Below, in pieces: positions 1-10,608 of a stretch of 64,000 nucleotides of DNA. Made by a program: the position numbers and the translations under genes. Positions within the stretch are counted from its first letter, which is position 1. Each line of letters starts with the position of its first letter. Under the pieces are notes generated by a model. That model was not told the origin of the DNA. It ran no database searches and worked only from the letters and a program-made list of their open reading frames with translations. Source of the stretch: Prasinococcaceae sp. CCMP 1430. Its lineage: Eukaryota; Plantae; Prasinodermophyta. Where the stretch lies: assembly GCA_013416795.1 (NCBI GenBank), contig RQSC01000031.1:62001-126000 (forward strand). The letters run 5' to 3'.

Positions 1-655
1 CTGGCTGCGACCCATGAAAAAGCGTTTTGCCCGTGGCATACGCGCTCATGAAGTTGAGGCGGCCAAATGGCACGTAAATGCCGCCGACCATGTGGAACTG
101 CTGCTGGAGGGGCAGCCTGCTCGCCTCGTACGCGCCCACGAGCGCCGCGCACAGGGCTCCGTCCAGTAAGTCAGGATAATGCGCTTCCACGAGCTCGCCA
201 CTTTTTGCGATGCGAACCAGCCGAGTTCCAGAGTCCATTGCGACGGCGAAGGCCACATTCGCGCTGGCAACGTCGTCGTCGTCTGTGGACGTTTCTGCGA
301 CGTCCACGTCCGTGAGCGTGTCGGCACTCGCAGACGCAAGCGGCGGCATGGGCGCCGACATCGCTCGCGTCTTCTTCTTGCGCACGAGATGGGCGTCCAT
401 CTTTCTCGCGGCTGTTGCGCCTGCGTCGCCAGGGCCTGCGAGCGGCCACCCTCTCCGACCGTCGATCGCACGCGCCGCCGCAGTCCTCACGGCGCCCACT
501 GCTACCGAAAGGAACGAGAAAAAAGCTGCTTTGTTGAGACATGAGGCATACCAGCTGCAGGTGTCCAAGTCGCCGTGGCGCCCTTTTGAGCTCGCGCGTC
601 GATCGTAGCGATCGCGGCCGTCGTCCAGCACACTCTGATCCCGCGCGCGCTTCAT
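1..655 (-). CDS. Protein running off the left edge; weak resemblance to AlkB-like 2OG-Fe(II) dioxygenase N-terminal region
   Basis: Minus frame is open from ATG at 655 to base 1 (absent from the track because no stop). It reads ...HYPDLLDGALCAALVGAYEASRLPLQQQFHMVGGIYVPFGRLNFMSAY. The family guess is weak. Confidence 0.45.
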   Translation of the reverse strand, partial: MKRARDQSVLDDGRDRYDRRASSKGRHGDLDTCSWYASCLNKAAFFSFLSVAVGAVRTAAARAIDGRRGWPLAGPGDAGATAARKMDAHLVRKKKTRAMSAPMPPLASASADTLTDVDVAETSTDDDDVASANVAFAVAMDSGTRLVRIAKSGELVEAHYPDLLDGALCAALVGAYEASRLPLQQQFHMVGGIYVPFGRLNFMSAYATGKTLFHGSQP

Positions 656-1305
656 CGGATGCGCCCTGTCCGGCCGCTACACCGAGCCCGTGGCGTCGGT
701 CGACGGCACGGCGCGGCGCGCCGAGCACCGCGTCACTCTTGCTGCGCCAGCCGGCGGCGTCCCTCCCTACGCCCTCCCAATATCTGCTCGGCAGGTTGCG
801 CGCGCGTGCGTCACTGGCACGCCCGCATCTATCTGCAGGGGCGGCAGCGCGCCGATTGCCTCTCAGTCGCGCGCCCCCTCCGTCGCCGCGCACGCCGCCG
901 CTCCGCTTCTCCGCGCAGCACCGCCGGCGCGCCGCGCGGCCACTGGCGATACGTACTTCTTCGATGCTTCGATTGCCTCCCGGAAGTCGCGCTCGCGCCG
1001 CCGCGCCGCCGCGCCGCCCGGCTCCTAGGAAGTGATTAGTTAGGGGTCAATTGCCCTCACCGTCGAGAGCGCCATTAAGGGTCAAATCTTACATTAGGGT
1101 TTAAAATCGAATTGTACCGTTCGATGCCTCCTTTGCGTTTGACCACCCCCGGCGGTCGGGGGCGCGTTCCCCCGGCGATGTTGTTGACCGGCGGCGTTCG
1201 AATGCGAGGGGGCGCCCACTGCGGCGGGGGCCCGGGCGCAGGGGGCGCGCGGCACGGGAAGAGGGAGGGCGCGGGGGGTGAGCGGCGCCACACTGGCGCG
1301 CTCGT

Positions 1306-4248
1306 GTGTGTGTGTTGGCGCGGCGGCGGCATGCGGCGCCGCCCGCCGCCACAAACGCCTCGACCGGCCCGCGGGCGCGCGCCCGCGCGCCGGCGGCGAC
1401 GCCGACCGGGGTGGGGCGCGCGGCGTACGAGCACACGCGACGACGGGCGGAGGAAAAGGCGCGCAGGCACAAGGCGGCAGCCACGGGCGGCATTCTCGTG
1501 CGAGTGTACACCGCCAACGCGCGTGGCGCTGGCACCGACGGCGGCGCTATCATTGTGCTGCACTACCAGAAAACTGGGGCGACCGCTAGCGACGACGGCG
1601 CATGCGACTCGCGCCCGCTGCGCCTCGGCGCCGCGAATGACATCGACGCAGATGATGGTGGCGACAGCGATGGCAGCGAGAACATAGGCAGCAAGAAGGA
1701 AGCAGCTGACGCATTGCGATCGTCGTGCTTCGCGCGGGGCTCTGTGCGCACCTTCCGTTTCGGAACGGAGGCGTGCGCGCCGCGCGGAGGCGCCAAGGCG
1801 GTGACGCCCTCTGCAAACGATAGCGACGATGACAGCGCGTCGCCGCTGGCGGCGGGCGTGCGCGCACCCATCGGTCTGACGCTCGGCCTCGACCCGAGCG
1901 GCCTAGACAACTCCTGGCTCGTGGAGCGCATTGAGGTGGTACTCCCCGCCCAGGCAGAGGGAGGCGCGCGTAGCAAGGGCGGCGAGTACAGCATTGGCGG
2001 CGACCGCCGCGGCACTGCCGCCTCGCGGACTTTGAGCTTCACATGCGGCGAGTGGATCGGCAAAGACACGCCCGCCAGGAGGCTCGCGGTAGTCAGGAAC
2101 GCGAGTGGAGAGGGCGACAGTGGCAGCAATGGCGACAAGGGCGACAAGGAAGGAAAGAGCGGCGCGGACGCTGCGGGCAGCACGGGCGCGACGGGTGGCA
2201 CGCTGCCTCATCCGCAGTCGGGCGGAGCTCCCGGCAAGGGCTCTAGCGAGGAAGCCGTGCGGTCCCTCAGACCCGGCGTGTCGCTTGACGATTTTCACGT
2301 GAAGGTCGTGACCAGCGACGTTCGCGGCGCAGGCACGGACTCGCCCTCGGTGACCATCACCCTCGCGGGCGATGGATGGGACTCCGGGCCGAGGGAGCTC
2401 ACGCCCGACGCCGCAGAGAGCGAGCAGGCGCAGGCCCAGCAGCATTCGCTGGGACACACGGCTGGTGGTGTTGACGGGGGTGCTTTTGACAGCGGGGAAC
2501 AGTTCGCCGGCGCCATCGCCCCCTCACACGCCACCCCCGGAGGCGCGCCACGCGCGCTCTTCCGCCGCGCCGCCTGTGACTCTTTCACGCTCCATGTGGC
2601 TGCGGCCGGCGCGGCCGCGCGAGAGGCCGCCGCGCTCGCACGTGAGGACGCGCCCGGAACGGAAGCTCTGCAGGCCGCGACTGCGGCGGCCGTGAGACGC
2701 GTGGTCGTCAGCCACAGCAGTACTGGCGAGGCCGAGCGAGCAAGCGGTAGCAGCGGCATGGTGGGACTAGATCCCCGCTGGCACCTCCAGCGCATCGATG
2801 TTACGCACGTGGCTACGGCCGAGAGCGCGAGCTTCGTCGCGGGCACGTGGATAGTCGCAGACGCCGGGTCGCTCACCTTGTTGCCAGCCGAGGAGACTGT
2901 CGGCATGGGATTCACGGACGAAACGGTGCGCGGTGTCTCTGGTCTGCCGTCGATGCATGACGCAAACGGCGGCGCTGGCAGGGGCATTGGGTGGCGGCTC
3001 GAATCGTACGAGCTGCGCTTGTTTACTGCGAATGCACGCGCCGCGGGCACCATGGCGGGCGTGTGGGCAGAGATCATCGGTAGGGACCATGCCGGCAGGC
3101 CATGTAGGTCAGGCCTTCACAGGCTACCTGCGGGCCCCGACCCACGAGGCAATCCCTCGGACGCATCCTCTTCTGCACCCTCCGCCCCTGGTCGCACCTT
3201 CAGCCGAGGCTCTGAGGACTGCTTCGAGGTGCAGTGTGTGGCTCTCGCCGAGGTGGAGGCCCTGCGTTTGCGGACGGATGGTGCGGGGCTCTCGCCCGAG
3301 TGGCTGTTCGCGCGTGCGGAGCTGCGCGCCCCGAACGCCAAGGCGTTCGCGGATCGCAAGAACGTGTGGCACTTCCCGTACCACAGATGGATAGGTTACC
3401 CGGCTGACGGGGGTGCTATCGAATGCGACGTCCTCGTGCCAGTGGGCGAAGCGCCTCATGACCATGACCAGGAGGTGGAGCAGGCAACGGACGCGCCCAC
3501 GCATTCGCGCGTGCACGATCTGCGTCATGCCAATGCAGCCACGGCCACCACGACCACGACCGCCGCAGCGGCTTGCCGACCGGGGCTACCCGCATACAGC
3601 CAAGCGCCACCGCAGGCGCCGGCCGCGTCGACGTTGCTGCCACAGGTGCAACCGCAGCTGGCTGCCTTTCCGCCGACGACCGTGTCTGCCGCCGCAGCAG
3701 GGTTGCAAGTGCTTGATGGGATGCAGCCCGTCGAGGCGCCGCCCCGCGCGTCGCAGCCGTCGCTGGTGCAGCCGCCGCAGTCTGCCCGGCCTGACGCGTG
3801 GTCATCCGCTCCACCCGCCCAGATGCACGCCCTGTCCGCGCAAGTGGCAGACTCATCCACGCGCGCGGTGGCAATAGAGAATCTGCCAACCATTGCGCCT
3901 CTGCCGAGTGCGCCTGGGGGAGCGTCATCGCGCCAACTCGCGGCTCGTGCTAAGCAGCAGAGCGCGGCTGCTGCGCGAGCGCTGGCGGCCATCGCGCCAC
4001 TCCCCGAGCCGGCGCCGCCGCAGCAGGCATCGAGCGCGGCATCTGGTGCCTCGGCCACGCGCCGTTCGTCGCGGCGCACCAAGGTGCCCAAAGCGACTAT
4101 CGGGGGGCGTGCGCGCGGCGGCGCGCGTAGAGGCAGCGTCGACGTGTCGGCGCTGCCACCCGCGCGGCCCGAGCTGCCGGTGGGATACGACCCGAAACGC
4201 TTCGACGTCATCGAGCCGCGCACGACGGCAGCCAGCGACGCGGCATGA
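1306..4248 (+). CDS. Multi-PLAT/LH2 domain protein (LOXHD1-like, 3 PLAT domains, low-complexity C-terminus)
   Basis: Three PLAT-start motifs (VRVYTANARGAGTD, VKVVTSDVRGAGTD, LRLFTANARAAGT), each followed by W.L..I/V.V and F...W closing motifs. 5' exon/ATG unresolved. Confidence 0.8.
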   Translation: MCVLARRRHAAPPAATNASTGPRARARAPAATPTGVGRAAYEHTRRRAEEKARRHKAAATGGILVRVYTANARGAGTDGGAIIVLHYQKTGATASDDGACDSRPLRLGAANDIDADDGGDSDGSENIGSKKEAADALRSSCFARGSVRTFRFGTEACAPRGGAKAVTPSANDSDDDSASPLAAGVRAPIGLTLGLDPSGLDNSWLVERIEVVLPAQAEGGARSKGGEYSIGGDRRGTAASRTLSFTCGEWIGKDTPARRLAVVRNASGEGDSGSNGDKGDKEGKSGADAAGSTGATGGTLPHPQSGGAPGKGSSEEAVRSLRPGVSLDDFHVKVVTSDVRGAGTDSPSVTITLAGDGWDSGPRELTPDAAESEQAQAQQHSLGHTAGGVDGGAFDSGEQFAGAIAPSHATPGGAPRALFRRAACDSFTLHVAAAGAAAREAAALAREDAPGTEALQAATAAAVRRVVVSHSSTGEAERASGSSGMVGLDPRWHLQRIDVTHVATAESASFVAGTWIVADAGSLTLLPAEETVGMGFTDETVRGVSGLPSMHDANGGAGRGIGWRLESYELRLFTANARAAGTMAGVWAEIIGRDHAGRPCRSGLHRLPAGPDPRGNPSDASSSAPSAPGRTFSRGSEDCFEVQCVALAEVEALRLRTDGAGLSPEWLFARAELRAPNAKAFADRKNVWHFPYHRWIGYPADGGAIECDVLVPVGEAPHDHDQEVEQATDAPTHSRVHDLRHANAATATTTTTAAAACRPGLPAYSQAPPQAPAASTLLPQVQPQLAAFPPTTVSAAAAGLQVLDGMQPVEAPPRASQPSLVQPPQSARPDAWSSAPPAQMHALSAQVADSSTRAVAIENLPTIAPLPSAPGGASSRQLAARAKQQSAAAARALAAIAPLPEPAPPQQASSAASGASATRRSSRRTKVPKATIGGRARGGARRGSVDVSALPPARPELPVGYDPKRFDVIEPRTTAASDAA

Positions 4249-4539
4249 GCTGCGACAGGACATGCCTGCGCGCACGAACAATTGTGAAGGAGGTGTCACT
4301 GTACCCAGCGCCCGAACGATCCCGCTTGTGAGAGCTGGTCGGGCCCGCCTTGCGCGAGCTGCCCCTCCGCCGCGCCTTCCTCTGTGCGGCCCTTCGGATA
4401 TTGAAGGGGATTGCGCCGTCTCAGTTACATTCGGCTGGGATGCTGCCGCGTTCGCCAAAAAGGGCTACATGGTACACGGGTGGGGGGCACGTGCGCGCCT
4501 ACAGATGGCCGCTCGCAGCGCGCGCTGCGACATGCTGCC

Positions 4540-5277
4540 TTAGCTGCCTTGCGTTTGCACGTCCACCGCGAGGGCACCGTCTCCCCCCTCAGCGAGAGCA
4601 ATCTCGCCCGCGCCAGGCTCGTGCGTCTCTCCACCGCCCTCCATGCGGTCCGCCTCGGCAGCCGCGCGTGCGGCGCGGCGCGTGGCGCGCATCGCGCGCC
4701 GCTCGGCCTTGCGGCGCTTGCGCTCGAGGTGCTCGTCGACGGCCCACTGGTACTGTAAAAGTGAGTGCGGTGCGGTGGGCGATGTTGCGAGTGATGTGAC
4801 GGAGGGGCAGTCGCAGCGGTAGCGGGTGCCGCGGTGACGACGGGGATCGGATGGTGGGGCCAGCGGGCGTGAGTGGGCGCAGGTCCGCATTCGAAGCGCA
4901 CACAATTGCATGTCCGCTGGAGGCACCAGTCTCGGGCGGCCTCACGCCGCAGGCGCCGCGCGGCCGGCGGTGCGCGCGCGCTCGCGCGCTCGCGCGCTCG
5001 CTTCGCGCACCTTGGAGTCGTTGAGGCCGAACACGTCTGCGAGGTGGTCGCCGGCGTACTCGAGCCACGACAGCACGCTGCGCCCGACGCGCGTCAGCAC
5101 GGGGGTCGCAGCTCCGTCGGCGTGCGGTTGCTCGGCGGCGCCTCCTCCGCCCGCGGCGGCGCCCTCTGTCGCCTCTGCGCTCGCGGCCGTGGCGCCGGCG
5201 CTCGCAGCCTCGCCCTCCCCTTCGCCGCCCGCGACGCGCTCGGTGAGCTCGACCTGTTCGACGTCGCCGCCCATCAT
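4540..5277 (-). CDS. FAM177-like small protein, exons 5277-5011 and 4752-4540
   Basis: GT donor at 5010, AG acceptor at 4753, phase 0. The join gives LSWLEYAGDHLADVFGLNDSK|YQWAVDEH, resembling the FAM177 motif (LGEKIASVLGISTPKYQYAIDEY). Confidence 0.65.
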
Positions 5278-5696
5278 CGCCGCGCCGCCCGTCTGCGCCC
5301 CGTCCCGCCCCCCCTCCACTCCCGGCGCCCCACTGCGAGCTGCGCCCCGCTCGGTGCGCGCGCGCTTCCCCCGCGCCCGCCCGCCGCGTCCGCACGCTCT
5401 GGCGTCGCCCCGCCCCTCGCCCCTCGCTGCGCCTCGCTCCCTCCTGTGCGCGCGCTCGAATTCGGAACGGCAATCGTTCGCGCCAAAACGAATGAAACCC
5501 TAACCCTTACTACTGTCGAATGCGTGCATTCCGGCCTGGCTGGACCTACCATCGATGATGATGGTACCATGACGGTATAGCCCGCCCCCTTGGTTGGGCG
5601 TCATCGCAACCCAAACCTCGGGCGGCCGCCGGTGCCGACGGGGGCCGCGGCTGCCGCGCCACACTGCCCGCGCGGGCGCGCGCGATCCTCGCGGCG

Positions 5697-6216
5697 ATGG
5701 GGCCGCTCACGCAGGACGAGGCGATCATGGTGGCGGCCATGGGCGCCGCGGTGGTCATCTGGGTGGGCGGCTTCGGCCTGCCGGGCGCCGTGGGCGCCCT
5801 GCTGGGGCTCAGCGTCCTGCTGGCGACGGGCGTGCTCTCGTGGGCGGACTGCATCGACGAGGAGCCCGGGTGGTCGACGCTCACGTGGTTCTCCATCCTG
5901 GTGGGCTACTCCACGGCGCTCAACGAGCTGGGCGTCATCGGCTGGGTCGCAAGCAGCTGCAGCGGCCTCGTGGCGAGCCTCGGCCTGCCCACCGCCGGCG
6001 CGGTGGCGCTCATCCTCGCCGCCTACGCGCTCATCCACTACATGTTCGCCAGCCAGACGGCGCACGTCGCCTCGCTCTTCGGCGCCTTCCTGAGCATGAT
6101 GGTGCTCGCGGGCGGCGCCGGCCTGCCGGCCGCGCTCGCGCTGGGCTTCCTGACCAACCTCTTCGGCGGCATCACGCACTACGCCGCGGGCCAGAGCGTG
6201 GTCTTCTACAACGCCG
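5697..6216 (+). CDS. DASS-family dicarboxylate transporter (DiT-like), C-terminal half only, cut by the single N at 6217
   Basis: MGPLTQDE, WSTLTWFSILV, HYMFASQTAHV and GGITHYAAGQSVVFY match plastid 2-oxoglutarate/malate translocators. Confidence 0.85.
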
Positions 6217-6217
6217 N
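6217..6217. other. Single N that hides a larger gap (DiT 3' end and MPC 5' end both missing); similar single Ns at 42088 and 57485
   Basis: The DiT reading stops about 30-35 aa before the expected C-terminus and an unrelated gene begins immediately after the N. Confidence 0.8.
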
Positions 6218-7178
6218 CTCGCCGCGCCGGCGTTTGCGCCTCGGGCGGCGTCCGCGGCCGCCAAGCGCTTCGCCGCCTCCAAGGCGGGCGGCGAGGTTGC
6301 CGGTGCGGGCGCCGCAGCCGCCCCGAAGGCCGCCGAGTCCTGGTGGACGTCCGCAGCGTGGTGGGGCGGCGCGGGAGCGATCGCCGCGTGGGGCATGACC
6401 GGTAGCGCCATATATGACGCGCTCACAGGTGCGCGCGCGCGCGCGCTCCTGCGCGCGCACCCTGCTGCGAACGCGCGCTGAGAGCGGCGGCGGCTGACCC
6501 GTCGCGTCCGTGCGCAAATTGCGTGTTGCCACCCCCCCCCCCACACACACACACCCTGGCCCGCTCGGCCCGCTGCGCGCAGCTGGCCCGGAGCTCATCT
6601 CGCTGCCCATGACTGGCGTCCTCATCGTTTACTCGTCACTGTTCGCGCGGTGGGCGTGGATCGTCGAGCCGCGCAACCTCGCGCTGTGCGCGTGCCATGC
6701 GACCAACGTCGTCGCGCAGTGCAATCAGATCCGGCGCGCGGTGCAGGCCAAGTACGACAGTGGCGATCCGGCGGAGCGAGAGGAGGTCATCCTGCAGGGC
6801 ACGCGGGCGGCGGGCGCGGCGGCCGCGGGTGGCGTGATCATCCTCGGCGCGCCCTCGCTGCAGGCGTGGCTCGTCGCCGCCGAGCTCGGGCCCATTTCTG
6901 CGATAGCCGCGGCGCCGGCGGGGCCCTTCTCGGTCCACTTCTGGGCGCCCATGTCAAAGTGGTTCATCTCGGGCGCGTCCTTCCTGGAGCTCGACCGGCC
7001 GACGGACAAGGTGTCACTGACGCTCTATTCGGCGCTCACGCTCACGGGCCTCTTCTTCACGCGCTACTCGCTGCTCGTCACGCCGGTGAACTACATGCTC
7101 TGCGGCGTCAACGTCGCGCTCTTCGGCAGCTCGGCGTGGCACCTCGGCCGCAAGGTCAAGGCAGACTACATCGACTGA
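6218..7178 (+). CDS. MPC: Mitochondrial pyruvate carrier with two MPC domains (MPC1-like + MPC2-like); intron 6429-6582; 5' end in gap
   Basis: Domain 1: PELISLPMTGVLIVYSSLFARWAWIVEPRNLALCACHATN. Domain 2: PAGPFSVHFWAPMSKW...RYSLLVTPVNYML. Splice phases are consistent. Confidence 0.9.
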
Positions 7179-7386
7179 TGGCGCGCAGCCGCGAGCGGGC
7201 CTGCGAGCACGCGGGTGGAGGCGGCCGTCCTGCACCCGCCCACCACGGCCGCGCCGACGGGCGCCTGCGACATGCCTTGCGCGCCTGACCTAACTCGCCA
7301 GTGGCCCCGCGGGGCACGCGGCGCTCTCTCTTGCGTGCGGGCCGCAGGCCGCTGTCAAAAATCGGGAATATTTCTTACACAGATAG

Positions 7387-8655
7387 TCACAGCTTTGCGG
7401 CCGCCGCGTACGGCGGCGGCGCGTCACCAAAGAGCTCCTCCTCCGGCGTGGCCATCGGCTCGAAGAAGCGCTTGACGCTCTGCAGCGGCACCTCGTCGAG
7501 CGACGCGTTGGCCCACGTGGGCCTGTTGTCCTTGTCGACGAGGAGCGCGCGCACGCCCTCCTTGAAGTCGGGCTCGGCGCACAGTCGCGTGACGACGCGG
7601 TACTCCATCGACAGGCAGTCGGCGAGCGACGATGCGCGCGCACCAGCCTCGAGCACGGCATGCGTGACGCGCAGCGAGAGTGGCGAGCCCTTTCGGATGC
7701 GCTCGTCCGCCACGACCGCCCAGGGCGCGTCCTCGCGCGCGAGCGCTTCGAGCGTGCCCTCGACGGTCATGCCCGCGCCGAAGCAGCGCTCGATACCAGC
7801 GAGGTCCAGCGAGCCCTCGACACCAACGTCGGCGGGCGGCGTGGAGAGCGAGTCGAGCGCGCGGCCGACAGCAGCAACGCCCTCGGGCATGCCTGCAAGG
7901 GCCGGCACGTCCACCGCGCTCACCACGCGCTCGCAGTCCGCCGAGCGCATGAAGTGCGTCGCCGCGCCACACGCGAGCGCATCGGCGCCGTTGATTGAGG
8001 CCCCCGTGAGCGCGAGGTACCAGCCGACGGAGTGCGCGAGGCGTGGCAGCACCCAGCTGGCGCCCACGTCGGGGAAGAGGCCGATGGCGCACTCGGGCAT
8101 GGCGAGCTTGGTGTTTTCCGTGGCGACGCGGTACGCGCCATGCAGCGCCACGCCGCAGCCGCCACCCATGGTCACGCCGTCGAGCAGCGCGACGTGCGCG
8201 GCGCGCAGCGAGCTCACCGAGCAGTCGTGGCGGTACTCGCGCTTGAAGAAGCGCGCGCTGGCATCGTGGTCGTCGCCCATGGCCAGATCTTTGACGTCGC
8301 CGCCTGCGCAGAAGCCGCGCCCGGCGCCAGACAGCACGACGGCTCCGACGCTGGGCGTCGCGTCCCACTCGCCGTACTTGCGCGCGAGCGCATCGATCAT
8401 GCCCTCTGAGAGCGCGTTGAGCACACGTGGGCGGTTGAGCACCGCGTGGCGCACCGACGCAACACCTGTCGCGGGGAAGAGAACCTCCGGCTCGGGCGCC
8501 GCTGCAGTTGCCGCTGCCGACATCGCGAGCTGCCGCGTCGACGCGGGGGCGCCGTCGGCGCCGCCCGCGTCCTCGTACTCGAGGATGACCGCCGGCGGCG
8601 AGAGCTTGACGCCGAGGCGGCGCGCGCGAGAGGGGGCCGACGGCGCGTACGACAT
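7387..8655 (-). CDS. CHY1: 3-hydroxyisobutyryl-CoA hydrolase, peroxisomal CHY1-like (starts at 8523 or 8655)
   Basis: [46 protein letters not shown]; C-terminal PTS1 AKL*. Confidence 0.92.
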   Translation of the reverse strand: MSYAPSAPSRARRLGVKLSPPAVILEYEDAGGADGAPASTRQLAMSAAATAAAPEPEVLFPATGVASVRHAVLNRPRVLNALSEGMIDALARKYGEWDATPSVGAVVLSGAGRGFCAGGDVKDLAMGDDHDASARFFKREYRHDCSVSSLRAAHVALLDGVTMGGGCGVALHGAYRVATENTKLAMPECAIGLFPDVGASWVLPRLAHSVGWYLALTGASINGADALACGAATHFMRSADCERVVSAVDVPALAGMPEGVAAVGRALDSLSTPPADVGVEGSLDLAGIERCFGAGMTVEGTLEALAREDAPWAVVADERIRKGSPLSLRVTHAVLEAGARASSLADCLSMEYRVVTRLCAEPDFKEGVRALLVDKDNRPTWANASLDEVPLQSVKRFFEPMATPEEELFGDAPPPYAAAAKL

Positions 8656-8695
8656 CGGCCGCGCGCCGCCAGACGGCGTGCGGAGCGGCTGGCAG

Positions 8696-8696
<1 letters not shown>

Positions 8697-8753
<57 letters not shown>

Positions 8754-8890
8754 GGTGTGTGTGTGTGTGTGCGTGCGCGCGCGCGTGTGTGTGTGCGCGC
8801 GTGTGTGTGCGCGCGCGCGTGTGCGTGTGTGTGTGTGTGCGCGTGCGTGTGTGCGTGTGTGTGCGTGCGTGTGTGTGCGTGTGTGTGTGT
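8697..8890. repeat. (CA)28 tract, AG spacer, then 136 bp of uninterrupted alternating G-pyrimidine starting with (GT)8
   Basis: Read directly from the sequence. Confidence 0.95.
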
Positions 8891-9274
8891 CGGTGTGCCA
8901 CCGCGCGCACTGTCAGGCCGCCACCGCGCCAAGAGGTCAAGGTTTCGTTCCAAAGTCAGGGCCGGTCTCCCGAGTTTGGGTAAATTCTACACGAAATAGG
9001 GTTTGTGGCTAAGTACCGCGCAGCCGCCGCCGCGGCGGCTGCGCGCTGCCACAGCGAGGGCGCACGCCGCGGGCCCTGTGGGCGCCCGGCGGGGAGAGCG
9101 CTGGACGGGGGAAGGGCGGGGAGAGCGGCGAGGGCCGCGGCGCAGGGGGGGGCAGGCGGGCTGCGTCGCGCGCCGCGCGGCGTGTGTCGCAGGCGCCCTC
9201 CCGATATCGCAAGCGCCAACTTTTTTCTTTTTTCTTTTTCTTTTTTTACGACCGCCGAGCACAGGGGTGAGCGC

Positions 9275-10304
9275 TCACGCGAGCAGGTCTGCGCGGCGCG
9301 CCCAGTCCTCGGGCTCCCTGTCGAGGCGGAGGTGCTCCCAGCAGCGGTACTCCTCGGGGCTCTCCGCCTCGTCCGGCAGGCTCGCCATGTAGTCCCAGCA
9401 CACCATGGGCGGCGCGCTCACCATGATGGACTCCATGCGGCCGCCGCCGAGGCCGAAGCGTACGCCGCGGTCATACAAGAGGTTGAACTCGATGTAGCGC
9501 CCGCGCCGCAGCATCTGCCACCGCCGCTCGCGCTCGCCAAAGGCGTCCGAGCCGCGGCGCTGCGCGATGTGCAAGTAAGAGTCCATGAAGCCGTCCCCAA
9601 CTGCGCGCGTGAAGGCCTCCGCGCCCTCGCACCCCAGGTCGTCGTAGAACACGCCGCCCACGCCGCGCCGCTCGTTGCGTGCGGGGATGGCGAAGTACTC
9701 GTCGCACCAGCGCTTGTAGCGGTCGTATGCGTTCGAGCCGTCGCCCTCGCCGCCCTCATTTTCGCTCGCAGGGGCGTGCTCGTCGCAGAGGTCCTTCCAG
9801 AAGCGGTGGAACTCCGCCACGTCGCGCTCGTGAAGGTACGCGGGGGTGAGGTCCGCGCCGCCGCCGAACCACTCGCCGCCGCCCTCAACCTGGAAGCGCC
9901 GCACGTCGGCTCGGAAGGTGGGCACGTGCGGGTTGGCGCTGTGAAACACCAGCGAGAGCGCCTCCGCCGAGTACGCCTGCCCGCCCGCCGCGTCGACGCC
10001 CGGTCGGCCGCGGGAGCTCATCGCGGACGCGCGCTCAGCCGAGAGCGTGCCGCGCACCACGCTCACGTTGGCGGCGGCCTTCTCGAAGAGCCGGCCTCCC
10101 TCCATGACGCGGGTGATCCCGTAGCCCTCCGCGCCTTCCCCCCGCTCCCAGCGGTCGATGCAGAACGATGCACCTGAGCCGTCGGCGGCCTCGGCGGCCT
10201 CGCAGATGGCCGCCTGCGTGTCGAGGACGTACTGCTCGAAGCCCGCCGCCGCTGCCTCGCACGCGCTCCTGCGCGCCCGCGGCGCTGCGCCCGCGCGCCG
10301 CCGC
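9275..10304 (-). CDS. hemF: Oxygen-dependent coproporphyrinogen III oxidase; N-terminus interrupted by the N gap
   Basis: FEKAAANVS, NPHVPTFRADVRRF, WFGGGADLTP, RRGVGGVFYDD, RRGRYIEFNLLYDRGVRFGL. Confidence 0.97.
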
Positions 10305-10324
10305 NNNNNNNNNNNNNNNNNNNN
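10305..10324. other. Assembly gap (20 N)
   Basis: N run. Confidence 1.
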
Positions 10325-10608
10325 TGTGCGCGTGGGGCGGCGTCGCCCCGCGCGCTGGGGTGGGGTGGGGTGGGAGTGGGAGTGGGAGTGGGGGCGCCAC
10401 ACGCCGCGCGTCAGGCGCGGCGGCGCGCCCGCGGGTGATCAGGTGACCAGGGAGGGTGGTGGTGCAAAGCCTGTGTGTGTGCCTTTGGGGGTTGGGGGAG
10501 AGGGGGGAAGGGTGAGCGCCGCCGCCCAGCGTGCGCTCACGCGCGCGCGTTCGCGGGTGTGCTGGGCGACGTGCACGGTCGTAGCGGAGGCGGCAGGAGC
10601 GGGCGGCG

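Noticed and set aside
7301-8983. Long plus-strand ORF, and many similar ones (e.g. 16054-17430, 18376-19944, 23711-24679, 41826-43070, 57646-58944)
   Set aside because: Antisense or alternate-frame shadows of real genes; stop codons are scarce at this GC content.
8642-9217. GAYDIGRAP (plus, 8642) versus GACDIGRAP (minus, 9191-9217) inverted peptide similarity
   Set aside because: Only 27 nt, in non-coding frames, with low nucleotide identity; likely chance.
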